DNA from: Nemertoderma westbladi
Taxonomy: Eukaryota; Animalia; Xenacoelomorpha
Assembly: GCA_032718475.1 (NCBI GenBank)
Contig: JAUCBJ010007860.1
Span: 1-64,000, forward strand
Length of the DNA stretch: 64,000 nucleotides
Reading direction: 5' to 3'
The notes under the pieces are model-generated. The model did no database searches and was not told the origin of the DNA. It saw only the letters and a program-made list of their open reading frames with translations. The position numbers and the translations under genes were made by a program. Every line of letters begins with the position of its first letter. Position 1 is the stretch's first letter. This document shows positions 1-11,900 of this stretch, piece by piece.

Positions 1-1158
1 TATTCAGCATTAGATTACTGTATTATTTACTGTTACTTTAGATTGCTTGACTGCTTTAACAGTAAGGCACGTATATTGTCTGCTGTAGGCCTACTGCTTA
101 CAGAGACGAGTATATTCTTAGGCTGTTAGTTTAGATTACTGTATTCACTGGTCGCGTACAATAGTACAGTAGTACATTAGGCTGATTGCTGTTACTGCGT
201 ACAGTAGAAAAGACATTTGTTTTGCTGTACCGCACACAGTATTTATTAGGCTGTTAGGTTGGTGTACTGTTTTACTTACTGTATTGCGTACAGTGGATAT
301 ATGGTAGTGCGTTTACTAATCGCAAATACAGCGGTTCCTTAGGCCGTTAGGGCAGGCCGTAATTAGTAAGTTTTTTGAAAAATTTTAGCTAGGTTTGTGA
401 GAATTCAGTTTTGGTCAAAATTATTTGTAATAAAATCTAGAGTTTTGTACCGGTATGTTAGATAACCGCTTAGTTATTTTATACCATCTGGAGATACATG
501 GCAAGACGGAGCTTCTGAGTTTGGGGTTCGTGTGGGTCTGCGGGTTCGGTTTGCAATCAGCGAAAAGACTGAAACTTTGGACGCGGACGTGGAATCTCAC
601 AGCAAACAAGGTTAGTTGTTCTGTTGGCACCATTGTGTTTGTGGAAGCAGTAAAAAATTATCGGTTGTTTAACTGCGAAGCTGAACTCAATTTATTAGTT
701 AGGATATTTAGGTTTAGCCGACCATGGGTTTTTGAATCGCTCGAGTTGAGAGAGAGAGAGGAGAGAGAGTCGTAACCCGAAGATGTAGCCACGCGCTAGT
801 GGATACATATAATATTTGAAATTAAAATTGCGTTGATTAGAGTTATATATGTAAATTTAGAAATATTCTGGTGGCAAGTTTATTTTGAATATTTTGTATT
901 AGATTCAAAAAATTATTTGTGTCATACCGGTATTTAAATACTATATAATAACTATAGAATAATATTTTGTTTAAATATTGTACTGGTATTTGCTAAAATT
1001 AGACCCTATTAAATTCACAATATTGCATTGCGAATTTATTTTGACATTTTGGACAAACTAGATTATTTGACAATAATTTAATCATATTTCGATTAAATTA
1101 TATATATATCTCGAACTTTGCGAGATATTTTTGCCGGAAGGCAAATATTATTTAGACT

Positions 1159-2802
1159 ATGAGTGTCTCAGAGAAGGAGGCACTAGAGGACAGCTATGAG
1201 ATGGCGGCTGGACCGCTGACTGACGATTGCGTTAATATTACTGTTGACGACAATGCCGACTATGACGACGCAGCGAGCGAGGACGTAAGTGAACAGGAGG
1301 ACGAGACAGTAACTAGTGAGGAAGAACAACAACCTGAGGGAATAATATTAGGATCCCCTACCGCTACTGTAAGGAAGGATTGTACAACAACCCGACCAGA
1401 GGTGAGTGATAGGGAGGGTAGTGTAGCAGAAGCGAGAGCCCGGAGCCCGGTTTCCAGACCTGTAGGTATGGTAAGTGCAGTGGTCCCAGCGGCTGTAAGG
1501 AGTACCCGTAGTTCCTGAAATAATCCTTCAAGTCCACCAAGTGTGAGTCAGGTAAGCGAACAGCAACTGGACATCGCGATAAAGAAGAAACTTCGCGCGC
1601 ATGCCGGACATATAACCCGGACGGCGGACAAGGTAAGGAAGATGTTAGCCGACTCAGCGAACATCGGAAGGGAAGGATTAGTAGAGATTAGAAAAGGATA
1701 CAACTCAGCGTTATTCAAACAGACGGAGGAGCTTGCAGTCCTAGCAAAGAAGGCAGTAGAGTCTCAGTCGAGCGATGTGGCGACGAGGATTTACGATAGG
1801 GTTTTAGCAGCCTTGTTGGAGCACCGCGCATTATCGGAGCGATTTCGACGAGTTAGGACGGAGAACTGGCTGCTATGGGCATCACAAGCGCAGGCGACTC
1901 AGGTGAGTGACGCAGAGTCGAGAGATTTAGTGGAGCGGGAAGAAACGCAAGATAAGGAGGAGCGCCGTTATCAGCGGGAAGTTACCAGCTGGCTGATGCA
2001 GAGTGGAGTGGTGGTACCGGGCCAGGTGCTACCGACGACGGAGAACATCCAACAGAGAACGTTAACTCCACCCGATGATGCATCTAGAGACAGTGGGGAT
2101 TCCCAGGTTAGTCACGCACGAGGGAAAGTTATATGTGCTAGATCCCTCACAACTCGGCGGAGGAGAGAAGACACCGACTGGACAAACAACAGGCGGAAGT
2201 TTTGCGTGCATCGGAAGCACGGAAGGAAGCCGAGCGGGAATGCGAGTGCACACGGAAGTTGGACGCGGAGTTGCGAGAGTTGGAAGAAATAAGTAAGCGC
2301 GAACGGGCCGAACGCGAGCAAAAGGAGCGCGAGCTTCAAGCCGAACGCGAGCAAAAGGAGCGCGAGCTTCAAGCCAAACGCGAGCAAAGGGAGCGCGAGC
2401 TTCAAGCCGAACGCGAGCGCAAGAAACTCGAGCGGGAACAGAAGGAACGCGAGCTTCAACTCGAACGCGAGCGCAAGGAACGCGAACTCGAGATCGAGAA
2501 AAGGAGACGCGCGTTGTATGAAGAGAAGGCGCGAGTGGAAGAAGAGAGCGCAGCGAGACGAGCGAGGGAAGAAGAAGAACGTAAACTGGCGCAGTTGGAA
2601 AGTGCGAGATTAAATTTAGAGAGCAAAGAACGGACTAGAAAGGCGAATGAAATCGCCGAGAAGGGGATGCGAATGATCGAAGAATGTGGGGCGAGTGTAG
2701 GGACTGAGTTGCGAGAACTGTTCGCACTGCAGAAGGCCGAACAGGAAGCGAGAACTCCGACCATACGCGAGTCGACGACGACCAGAATTCCTATACCCGG
2801 TC
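1159..2802 (+). pseudogene. Degenerate LTR-retrotransposon gag 5' fragment (probably BEL/Pao-type), unit A
   Basis: ORF pieces 1159-1518, 1543-2292 and 2202-3005 join through an in-frame TGA (1516) and a 7-bp deletion relative to unit B. They show an acidic N-terminus, a KKKLRAHAGHITRTADKV helix resembling BEL gag N-termini and a long EREQKERELQA coiled coil. The fragment is cut off at about 2802 by an inverted LINE fragment. Confidence 0.6.
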
Positions 2803-4545
2803 CAGCTGCAATAATTTCATCAGGAATCCCATATAATGAAAGTATGCTGAACATACGTGAGCGGGAGACTGAATCAAAGGCCTTGAAAAAGTCAACAAAG
2901 ATAACAGCCAGGTGCCTGTCTTTCTTTTTTGATAACTCTTCAATTATCCTTCCAAGTGCCAAAATGGGCTCCATGGTCCCACGACCTTTATGGAACCCAT
3001 TCTGATTTCCACGGAGCAGTCTCTCAATGGGATCCCTGTTGCGATTTAATATAATTCTATTGTATAGCTTTGCTGCAATCGAGATCAATGAGATTCCCCG
3101 AAAAGAACCATATAGTGTTAGGTTGCCCTTCTTGGGAACTGGCTCCAACTTATTTGTTTTCATTTCTTGTGGGACTCTTGTTGTTCGGTACATGTCTACT
3201 ATGATGGGATAGATGAGCTTTAAACACTCAGGTATTTTAAAGACCTCAGGGAGAACACCATCTACTCCACTGGCACGATTGGTCTTAATGCTCTTTGCAG
3301 CAGCCTTCACTTCTGCAAAGGAGATATCGCCAATGGGAATATCTGGAAGTACAGACTCAGACACTTTTACTTCTATAAAGTTATCAGGCAATACCCTGTC
3401 ATTATTGAGGAGCTTTTCAAAGTGGACCTTCCAACCATTGAGGCGATCGGCTGGTGATTCATCCTTAACCTTGGTGGTTGGTTGGCTTTTCCGCCCAGTA
3501 AGCAAGTTGATCGATTTCCATGCCTGGGATGATTGCCTGCTGTCGTCAGCATCATTGATGGCATCAACCTGTTGGTTTGTTAGCTCCTGTAGATTAACAG
3601 AGTACTGCCTGTTCAGGGACCTAGATGCAGCCTTCAGCATTCTTGGCCGCTGTAGTCTGTTTGAGTTGGGACTCTTTCTGTGCCTTATATAGGTCATTTC
3701 GGCACTTCTGGATTTTGTTGTCAGTCCTTTTCCTGTTTCGAGGGTATACAGGAACTGTTTCTGCAGCTGCTAACTTAACTGCTTCTGTGAAGGCAGTATA
3801 GCCCTCACAGTGATCTGCCGCATCAGAGGCAAGAACCTCATACTTGTTGCTCAGCTGTAGTGTGAAGCTGGATCTCACACTTGGCTTTTGCAACAGAGAG
3901 GACCAGTTATGCCGCGGCAAGGAGGATTTCGTTGTTCTGATAGCACGCAGACTAAGTTTTACCTTGGCCAGAATAAGGCGGTGATCACTGGAGAAGGGTC
4001 GAAGTGTAAATGCATTACAGTCTTGTATAGAGCTCCTGTACTTCCTACAAACAGAATATGGTCTATCTGGGACTTGTGACCACTGGGTCCACTATGAGTC
4101 CATAGCTTTCCAGTTCGTTTCTTGAACTGGGTACCAGCCGAAAACAATCCATTTCCAGAGATAAAATCCTGAAGATGGACGGAATTACGGTTGACACTAT
4201 TGCTATAGAACCAGGGCGATGTAGGTAATTGATGCAGACTTGCATTAAAGTCTCCCAGGAATGTTAAGAATGCATGCTGATCCACTCCATCAGTAGCTGC
4301 TTGTAGTAGCTCCACTTGCCTGCCAGTCACTGTACGTACAGTGTACACCTGTAACACTAAGGCACCGTAGGCCGTAATGCGTGTGCAGTGTTGGGTTAGG
4401 GTACCGGCTGACTGGGCCGCTTCCTTCAACTTTACCCCTTCCGGCTGTACCATGCTTGTAATACACCAGAACACAGATCAGCTGATGCTGAATTGATTCA
4501 TCCAAGCCGCTATTGGTCAACACCCAACAACCAACCAGCAGACAG
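2803..4545 (-). mobile_element. Frameshifted non-LTR retrotransposon (LINE, APE endonuclease plus RT, RTE-like) fragment, unit A
   Basis: APE motifs LGDFNA and SQIDHIL are in ORF 3959-4474. RT N-terminal motifs PVPKKGN..FRGISLISIAAKLYNRII, QNGF.KGRGT and IFVDFFKAFDSV..YGIP are in ORF 2456-3697. The fragment stops before the YADD motif. Confidence 0.9.
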
Positions 4546-6509
4546 TATTTGGTATTAAATTATCTTTTAAAGTCGAAATTGGGGAGAAATTATCAGATTT
4601 TATAAATTATAAAATGCAAAGTGTGCCTTCTAATAATACCTATCGTACTGGAAAGCGAGAATTTGTAGATTATTTGATAAATTCGATATTTTCGTTGATA
4701 ATTGCGTATTTTTCGTTATTTTCGGGTTTTATAACTATCCCCAGTGATGCTAATGGTTTATATAAACACCCCAGTGCTATAAGGGTTAACGTATGTTAAT
4801 TAATGGAGACATTTCTTCATTAGTTGGGAGCGGGACATTTTCACAATACTTAAGTTACCGGGATATTTGGAAGAAATTCCTACTCTGTGATTGGCTTAAA
4901 CTCAAGGACTACTAAATATTTTAATTCTTCGGTACTGTGGGAAGTCTGATACTGATACGAACTGAACTGAATGAACATACTGGACGAAACCGGCATAGTT
5001 TGCATATATGTGAGATATAAATTAAAAAACAAATTTATTACTGGTATTCGTGTTACTTCTAAAACAAGACAAGTAGGATGCTGAGCTGCAGGCACCTAAC
5101 AACAACCCCAAGTAATTTTCATACAGCCAGCGCTTAAAATGCAACGGCAATATAATTTATTGTGCATAATTATTGATTGCCAGTGACATAGTCCTCAGAA
5201 AGAAACTTGAATGGAGAGTATCAACTTATCTTTGTAATTGACCGTTAAATCTAATCAATTGACTCAAATTGAAATCAATATTTGGATTTAGTGATAACAA
5301 TTACTAAATAATTGCAATAGTGTAGCATTAGCATCTAACTTTTACATTTCATTGTATGTAAATTAATTAATAGCAATGGGGTAGGCGACTCAAAAAATTT
5401 TATTTGAGTTATTGTTGATGTAATGTGAAAAATCATGTGAAAAAACCCCAGAGAGCCATTTGACTTCAAAAAAATTAATATTGGGGGAGTTATAGCGATT
5501 TTAAAAAGCAAAATTAGCAACATCGAAAAATCGGGCCGTTTTAGGAACTTGCGCATTTGACGTCAGCCATAACACAGCAACAGTTGTCAAGCGCAGTTGA
5601 TTGGTCAATATAAAATATAATACTTCAGTTATCTATAACAATAAAAATAATTAACGTAGCTAAGTAATTATTTGGATGTGTATTATATTCGTTAAATATT
5701 GTGTTAAAAAATACTCACAAGTAAACCGTTTTTTTTTATTTTTTTTTTAATATGATAAACCTTTAATAAGCAAAAAATACACAGCCTAGTAAACCAGTAA
5801 ACCGTTACATTGTCTGATTGTTTTCACGGTTCACAGTTCAGGTCGTCCCGGTTTGAGAAGCAAAGAATGATAATGTTTTAATATAGTCCTAATCAGCTAC
5901 GGTAATAATAGGTTACCGGTAATATTACAGTATTAAATACAGAAATAGGCCGCCTTTAAAAACTAGGATTGGAACGATGTTAAGAAGGTTGTTTCCAAGG
6001 CCGTTTTTTAGAAAGCACAATGACAATGGCCGACATCGCTCGAGGCATTAACATCAGCACAATTACTAAGGAAAAACCAAATAAACAAAGACGAAAAGAC
6101 GACATATATACTCCAGCCAGACAAAAGTGGAAAGTTGCAACGGAGTAGTGAGCAGCTTTCCATCAGGTACAACAAACAGCTATAAGGCTGAAGAATAACT
6201 ACGGTGTAATTGGTGCAATACTACTGTAATACAGATGGATACAGTTTTTAAAAGGTTGTAAATAAAGATAGAAAGCAAAAAAAACTCTGGCTCACCCACT
6301 AAGTGGTCGGAAAGTGAAACTCTCTCTGTTGGTGGTGTACGTAAATCCTAAGAACGTAAATCACAGACAAACTGAAAATGTGATCCGACACATAGAAAGG
6401 GATCAGTTAACAAAAAATGGTTTTCAACTTTTTTAAAACATGGGCAACATAACAATAAGTTATTCTAGAATTTATTAAAGGATTGAACGGACAAAATTTG
6501 GGAATACAC

Positions 6510-6541
<32 letters not shown>

Positions 6542-7024
6542 TGGACATGTCACTGAATTACGACATTATATTCCAGGACATGGTGTAATGCACAGAAAAG
6601 GAGGCACTACTATAGCTTGTGTGACCGACCATAAGGGAAAATTGTTGAAGACAATTTTTAGAGGTTTTCGCATGACTTTTTTCAATTTTTTTATGGATGG
6701 TGGTTGGTCATCTGGTATTCGATTGAGTGATAGCTCGTAAATTTTCTTAGGTAGCCAGTGTTTTTATAAGGTATAGCCAGGTGGTTGCCGTGTTTTTAAA
6801 AATACATGAGGATTTAATAAAAATTGCATTAGATTGCAATTACAATAGCTAAAATATGAATAATTTTTTTAGATATTTTAGGTATTTTAAAAACACTTGT
6901 TACCAAGCAAAATTTACAAGCTATTACTAAATCGAATGTCAGCCAATTGTTAGAAAATTGAAATGAAATGAAATTAATTAAATTAATTGCAACTTTAAAA
7001 TCTTCCCTTGAATGTTCGCGACCC

Positions 7025-7620
7025 GGCACTAGTATAGTATCGATGCCGAAATTTTAGATGTTTTTTGATTTTTTTCTTTTTAGATTAAAATATTTTTGAC
7101 ATGTTGTTTGGCTTTGTATTATCAATTTCATTCTAGAATTACCGGTATATATTTTTGTTGCTATGGTTACATAAATAAAATAAATTTCAAATTACTTAAA
7201 GAATAATGTATTTCTTTTTGTAATGCTTTTTTATTTCTTATTGTTATTGACAAATATATTTGAGGATTAAATGACACTTGTCATTTTTCACAATAAAAAG
7301 TACTAGCCAACACAAAATCAAAATTACTAGCTACCATCTTTTTGCCAGATGTTCAAATATTTGTTCTAGAACAAAAAACGTCATAATAAAAGACATTTTC
7401 ACAAGAAAAAATCGGTCAATTTTTTTTATTGTTTCAATTATGATTTTTTCACTAGCTAATATAAAGTAATAGCTAACACAAAATAAAAATTACTGGCTAC
7501 CATCTTCAGATGGTAAATATTTGTTCTAGAACAAAAAACCTCATGATAACAACCGATAATCACTAATATAATTAATCGATGTTTGTTTTTAAATTTGGGC
7601 ATAGATACTATACTAGTGGC
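7025..7620. mobile_element. MITE, Mutator-like (about 30-bp TIRs, 9-bp TSD), unit A
   Basis: TIRs ggcactagtatagtatcgatgccgaaattt / aaatttgggcatagatactatactagtggc are flanked by the direct repeat tcgcgaccc (7016-7024 and 7621-7629). Confidence 0.8.
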
Positions 7621-7919
7621 TCGCGACCCCACTAAAGATATCTAATTGCTTTATGTCTTCCAGTTCCTGCCCTCTGATGGTTTGCGTATGGTTCTCAGTT
7701 TTGCACATAATAATTTCAAGAATAATTGAAATTGGTGCAAGGAATTAATTAAAATAATTATAAAGTTCTCTGGCATGTCTGGTGTGTTCCAAAAGTTACT
7801 GAAGATGAACAATTTTGGTTGGAGTTGGACTACAACGTTTCCCGGTGGAGTTGTTTCCCACTGCTACCTTCGGGTAGCAGCTATCAAATGAGGAGCCTTA
7901 GGGTCGCCTCCGGCTTCGG

Positions 7920-8470
7920 CCGACTGCTTGCTTTACTTATAAATGAATTGTTGTGGGGTGGGTGACGGGGAATTAAATATATGTTATACAGTGTAGTACA
8001 TTATGATAATGTTTTCCATAGCGAAAAATATCAACCGCCCCTATTGGAACTCGAACCCGGTACCTAGGTTTCAAACTTACGGTTATCATCAGCCGAGTGT
8101 GTGTCCTAAGACCACTGAGCTACCAGGGCGGTAGAAGATTTATTCGCTATGGAGTGGGCTATCATATATTTAGGCCTTTTACAGTCACTCATAGGAAAGT
8201 ACAACGTTATTCCCGTGCTCTGCCAGAAATTGCAACCATACCTCAAAGAATAACTATTATACAGTGTTGTAGAAACCACTGATACCCCGTATGCTAGTGA
8301 ATTACCCGTCACTCACCCCACAACAATTCATTTATAATTAATTAACAAGCATGGCCGGTAATAGTAGTTTCTACCGCCCTGGTAGCTCAGTGATCTTAGG
8401 AGACACACTCGACTGATGATAACCGGAAGTTTGAAACCTAGGTACAGGGTTCGAGCCCCAATAGGGGCTA
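7920..8470. mobile_element. tRNA-promoter SINE/retrozyme-like element with hammerhead ribozyme, inverted plus partial-tandem arrangement, unit A
   Basis: Two inverted copies of a head (8038-8136 on -, 8369-8467 on +) carry an A box (TAGCTCAGTGG) and a B box (GGTTCGAG) flanking CTGATGA...GAAAC-CTAG-GTA. A second inverted pair lies at 7937-7974 / 8300-8337. The plus-strand monomer is about 335 bp. Confidence 0.75.
8055..8098 (-). ncRNA. Minimal type I hammerhead ribozyme
   Basis: The minus strand reads ACTCGG-CTGATGA-TAAC-CGTAA-GTTT-GAA-AC-CTAG-GT-A-CCGGGT. This gives a 6-bp stem I (one G-U), the conserved core, a short stem II (AAC/GTT), a palindromic ACCTAGGT stem III and a GUA cleavage triplet. 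Confidence 0.75.
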
Positions 8471-8999
8471 TGTTTGCTTTGATTTATCGTTCAGTTGATA
8501 TCCTCCTTGTTATGCTGCATAGTAATCAATCAGTTATAAACAACTTCCTGACTTCTTGAACATGTCTTGTGCACAGTGTTCGGTATCCTTCATTGCTCTA
8601 AGTGTATTATTGTTGGTAGGTTTACTACTATGTTTTGGGCCACCCACCTTCAATTTTTTTTATACTACTGTAGCTAGTTTTTGTGGCTAGGGTATATTTA
8701 TATGAATCTTCCCCGCATTGCTCGCTCGGTACATAAATACACTCGGATTACAACACCGAAATTTTTTACACAATGATGTTTGTTCGAATTTTATCAGACT
8801 CCCAGGTTGAAAACCCACCTCCTTTGAGGCACAAATACAAAGGGCCCCAAATATATTTTGTTCTATAACAATTTTTATACTATCTAATTTTGCAATTTTT
8901 TTTAAAAGATGTTACAGTAGCTACCGGAATATATTTAAATAACAATTAATATTCGGGAATCAATATTGCTTGTTCTGTAGAACATTTTGATTATAATAA

Positions 9000-11900
9000 C
9001 AAAATGAAACGCAGGCGGAATTATAAGAAAATATAGCCGCGGGCGGAACTATAGGAACGTAGACACAGGTGGATCTATAGGAAAAAAATGTAAGATACGG
9101 GCGGAACTATAATAACAGAATGTAGACACGGATGGAACTATAGGAACAAAATGTAGCCACGGATGGAACTATAGGAACAAATTGTAGCCACGGATGGAAC
9201 TATAGGAACAAAATGTAGCCACGGATGGAACTATAGGAACAAAATGTAGCCACGGATGGAACTATAGGAACAAAATGTAGATACGGGTGGAACTATAATA
9301 ACAGAATGTAGCCACGGATGGAACTATAAGAACAAAATGTAGACACGGATGGAACTATAAGAACAAAATGTAGACACGGATGGAACTATAAGAACAAAAT
9401 GTAGACACGGGTGGAACTATAAGAACAAAATGTAGACACGGGTGGAACTATAAGAACAAAATGTAGACACGGTTGGAACTATAAGAACAAAATGTAGCCA
9501 CGGATGGAACTATAAGAACAAAATGTAGCCACGGATGGAACTATAAGAACAAAATGTAGCCACGGGTGGAACTATAGGAACAAAATGTAGACACGGGTGG
9601 AACTATAAGAACAAAATGTAGATACGGGCGGAACTATAATAACAGAATGTAGACACGGATGGAACTATAAGAACAAAATGTAGCCACGGGCGGAACTATA
9701 GGAACAAAATGTAGACACGGGTGGAACTATAGGAACGTAGACACAGGTGGAACTATAGGAACAAAATGTAGATACGAGCGGAACTATAGGAACAAAATGT
9801 AGATACGGGCGGAACTATAATAACAGAATGTAGACACGGATGGAACTATAAGAACAAAATGTAGCCACGGGCGGAACTATAGGAACAAAATGTAGATACG
9901 GGCGGAACTATAATAACAGAATGTAGCCACGGATGGAACTATAAGAACAAAATGTAGCCACGGGCGGAACTATAGGAACAAAATGTAGACACGGGTGGAA
10001 CTATAGGAACAAAATGTAGATACGGGCGGAACTATAGGAACAAAATGTAGATACGGGCGGAACTATAATAACAGAATGTAGACACGGATGGAACTATAAG
10101 AACAAAATGTAGCCACGGGCGGAACTATAGGAACAAAATGTAGACACGGGTGGAACTATAGGAACAAAATGTAGATACGGGCGGAACTATAGGAACAAAA
10201 TGTAGATACGGGCGGAACTATAATAACAGAATGTAGACACGGATGGAACTATAAGAACAAAATGTAGCCACGGGCGGAACTATAGGAACAAAATGTAGAC
10301 ACGGGTGGAACTATAGGAACAAAATGTAGATACGGGCGGAACTATAGGAACAAAATGTAGATACGGGCGGAACTATAATAACAGAATGTAGACACGGATG
10401 GAACTATAAGAACAAAATGTAGCCACGGGCGGAACTATAGGAACAAAATGTAGATACGGGCGGAACTATAATAACAGAATGTAGCCACGGATGGAACTAT
10501 AAGAACAAAATGTAGACACGGATGGAACTATAAGAACAAAATGTAGACACGGATGGAACTATAAGAACAAAATGTAGACACGGGTGGAACTATAAGAACA
10601 AAATGTAGACACGGGTGGAACTATAAGAACAAAATGTAGACACGGTTGGAACTATAAGAACAAAATGTAGCCACGGATGGAACTATAAGAACAAAATGTA
10701 GCCACGGATGGAACTATAAGAACAAAATGTAGCCACGGGTGGAACTATAGGAACAAAATGTAGACACGGGTGGAACTATAAGAACAAAATGTAGATACGG
10801 GCGGAACTATAAGAACAAAATGTAGCCACGGGTGGAACTATAGGAACAAAATGTAGATACGGGTGGAACTATAGGAACAAAATGTATATACGGGTGGAAC
10901 TATAGGAACAAAATGTAGATACGGGTGGAACTATAATAACAGAATGTAGACACGGATGGAACTATAAGAACAAAATGTAGACACAGGTGGAACTATAGGA
11001 ACAAAATGTAGATACGGGTGGAACTATAGGAACAAAATGTAGATACGGGCGGAACTATAGGAACAAAATGTAGATCCGGGTGGAACTATAGGAACAAAAT
11101 GTAGATACGGGTGGAACTATAGGAACAAAATGTAGATACGGGTGGAACTATAGGAACAAAATGTAGATACGGGCGGAACTATAAGAACAAAATGTAGATA
11201 TGGGTGGAACGGAACTATAAGAACAAAATGTAGCCACGGGTGGAACTATAAGAACAAAATGTAGACACGGTTGGAACTATAAGAACAAAATGTAGCCACG
11301 GATGGAACTATAAGAACAAAATGTAGCCACGGATGGAACTATAAGAACAAAATGTAGACACGGGTGGAACTATAGGAACAAAATGTAGCCACGGATGGAA
11401 CTATAAGAACAAAATGTAGACACGGATGGAACTATAAGAACAAAATGTAGACACGGGTGGAACTATAAGAACAAAATGTAGACACGGGTGGAACTATAAG
11501 AACAAAATGTAGCCACGGATGGAACTATAAGAACAAAATGTAGACACGGATGGAACTATAAGAACAAAATGTAGACACGGGTGGAACTATAAGAACAAAA
11601 TGTAGACACGGGTGGAACTATAAGAACAAAATGTAGACACGGTTGGAACTATAAGAACAAAATGTAGCCACGGATGGAACTATAAGAACAAAATGTAGCC
11701 ACGGGTGGAACTATAGGAACAAAATGTAGACACGGGTGGAACTATAAGAACAAAATGTAGATACGGGCGGAACTATAAGAACAAAATGTAGCCACGGGTG
11801 GAACTATAGGAACAAAATGTAGATACGGGTGGAACTATAGGAACAAAATGTAGATACGGGTGGAACTATAGGAACAAAATGTAGATACGGGCGGAACTAT

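Noticed and set aside
4545-4790. piggyBac-like MITE ending GGG-TTAA
   Set aside because: Only one end is visible, with no matching TTAA-CCC terminus.
7799-7850. Additional hammerhead at CTGAAGATG (also CTGATGA at about 39964)
   Set aside because: There is no correctly placed downstream GAAA and stems.
8369-8467. tRNA gene (possibly intron-containing)
   Set aside because: The region between the boxes is a hammerhead core rather than an anticodon arm.
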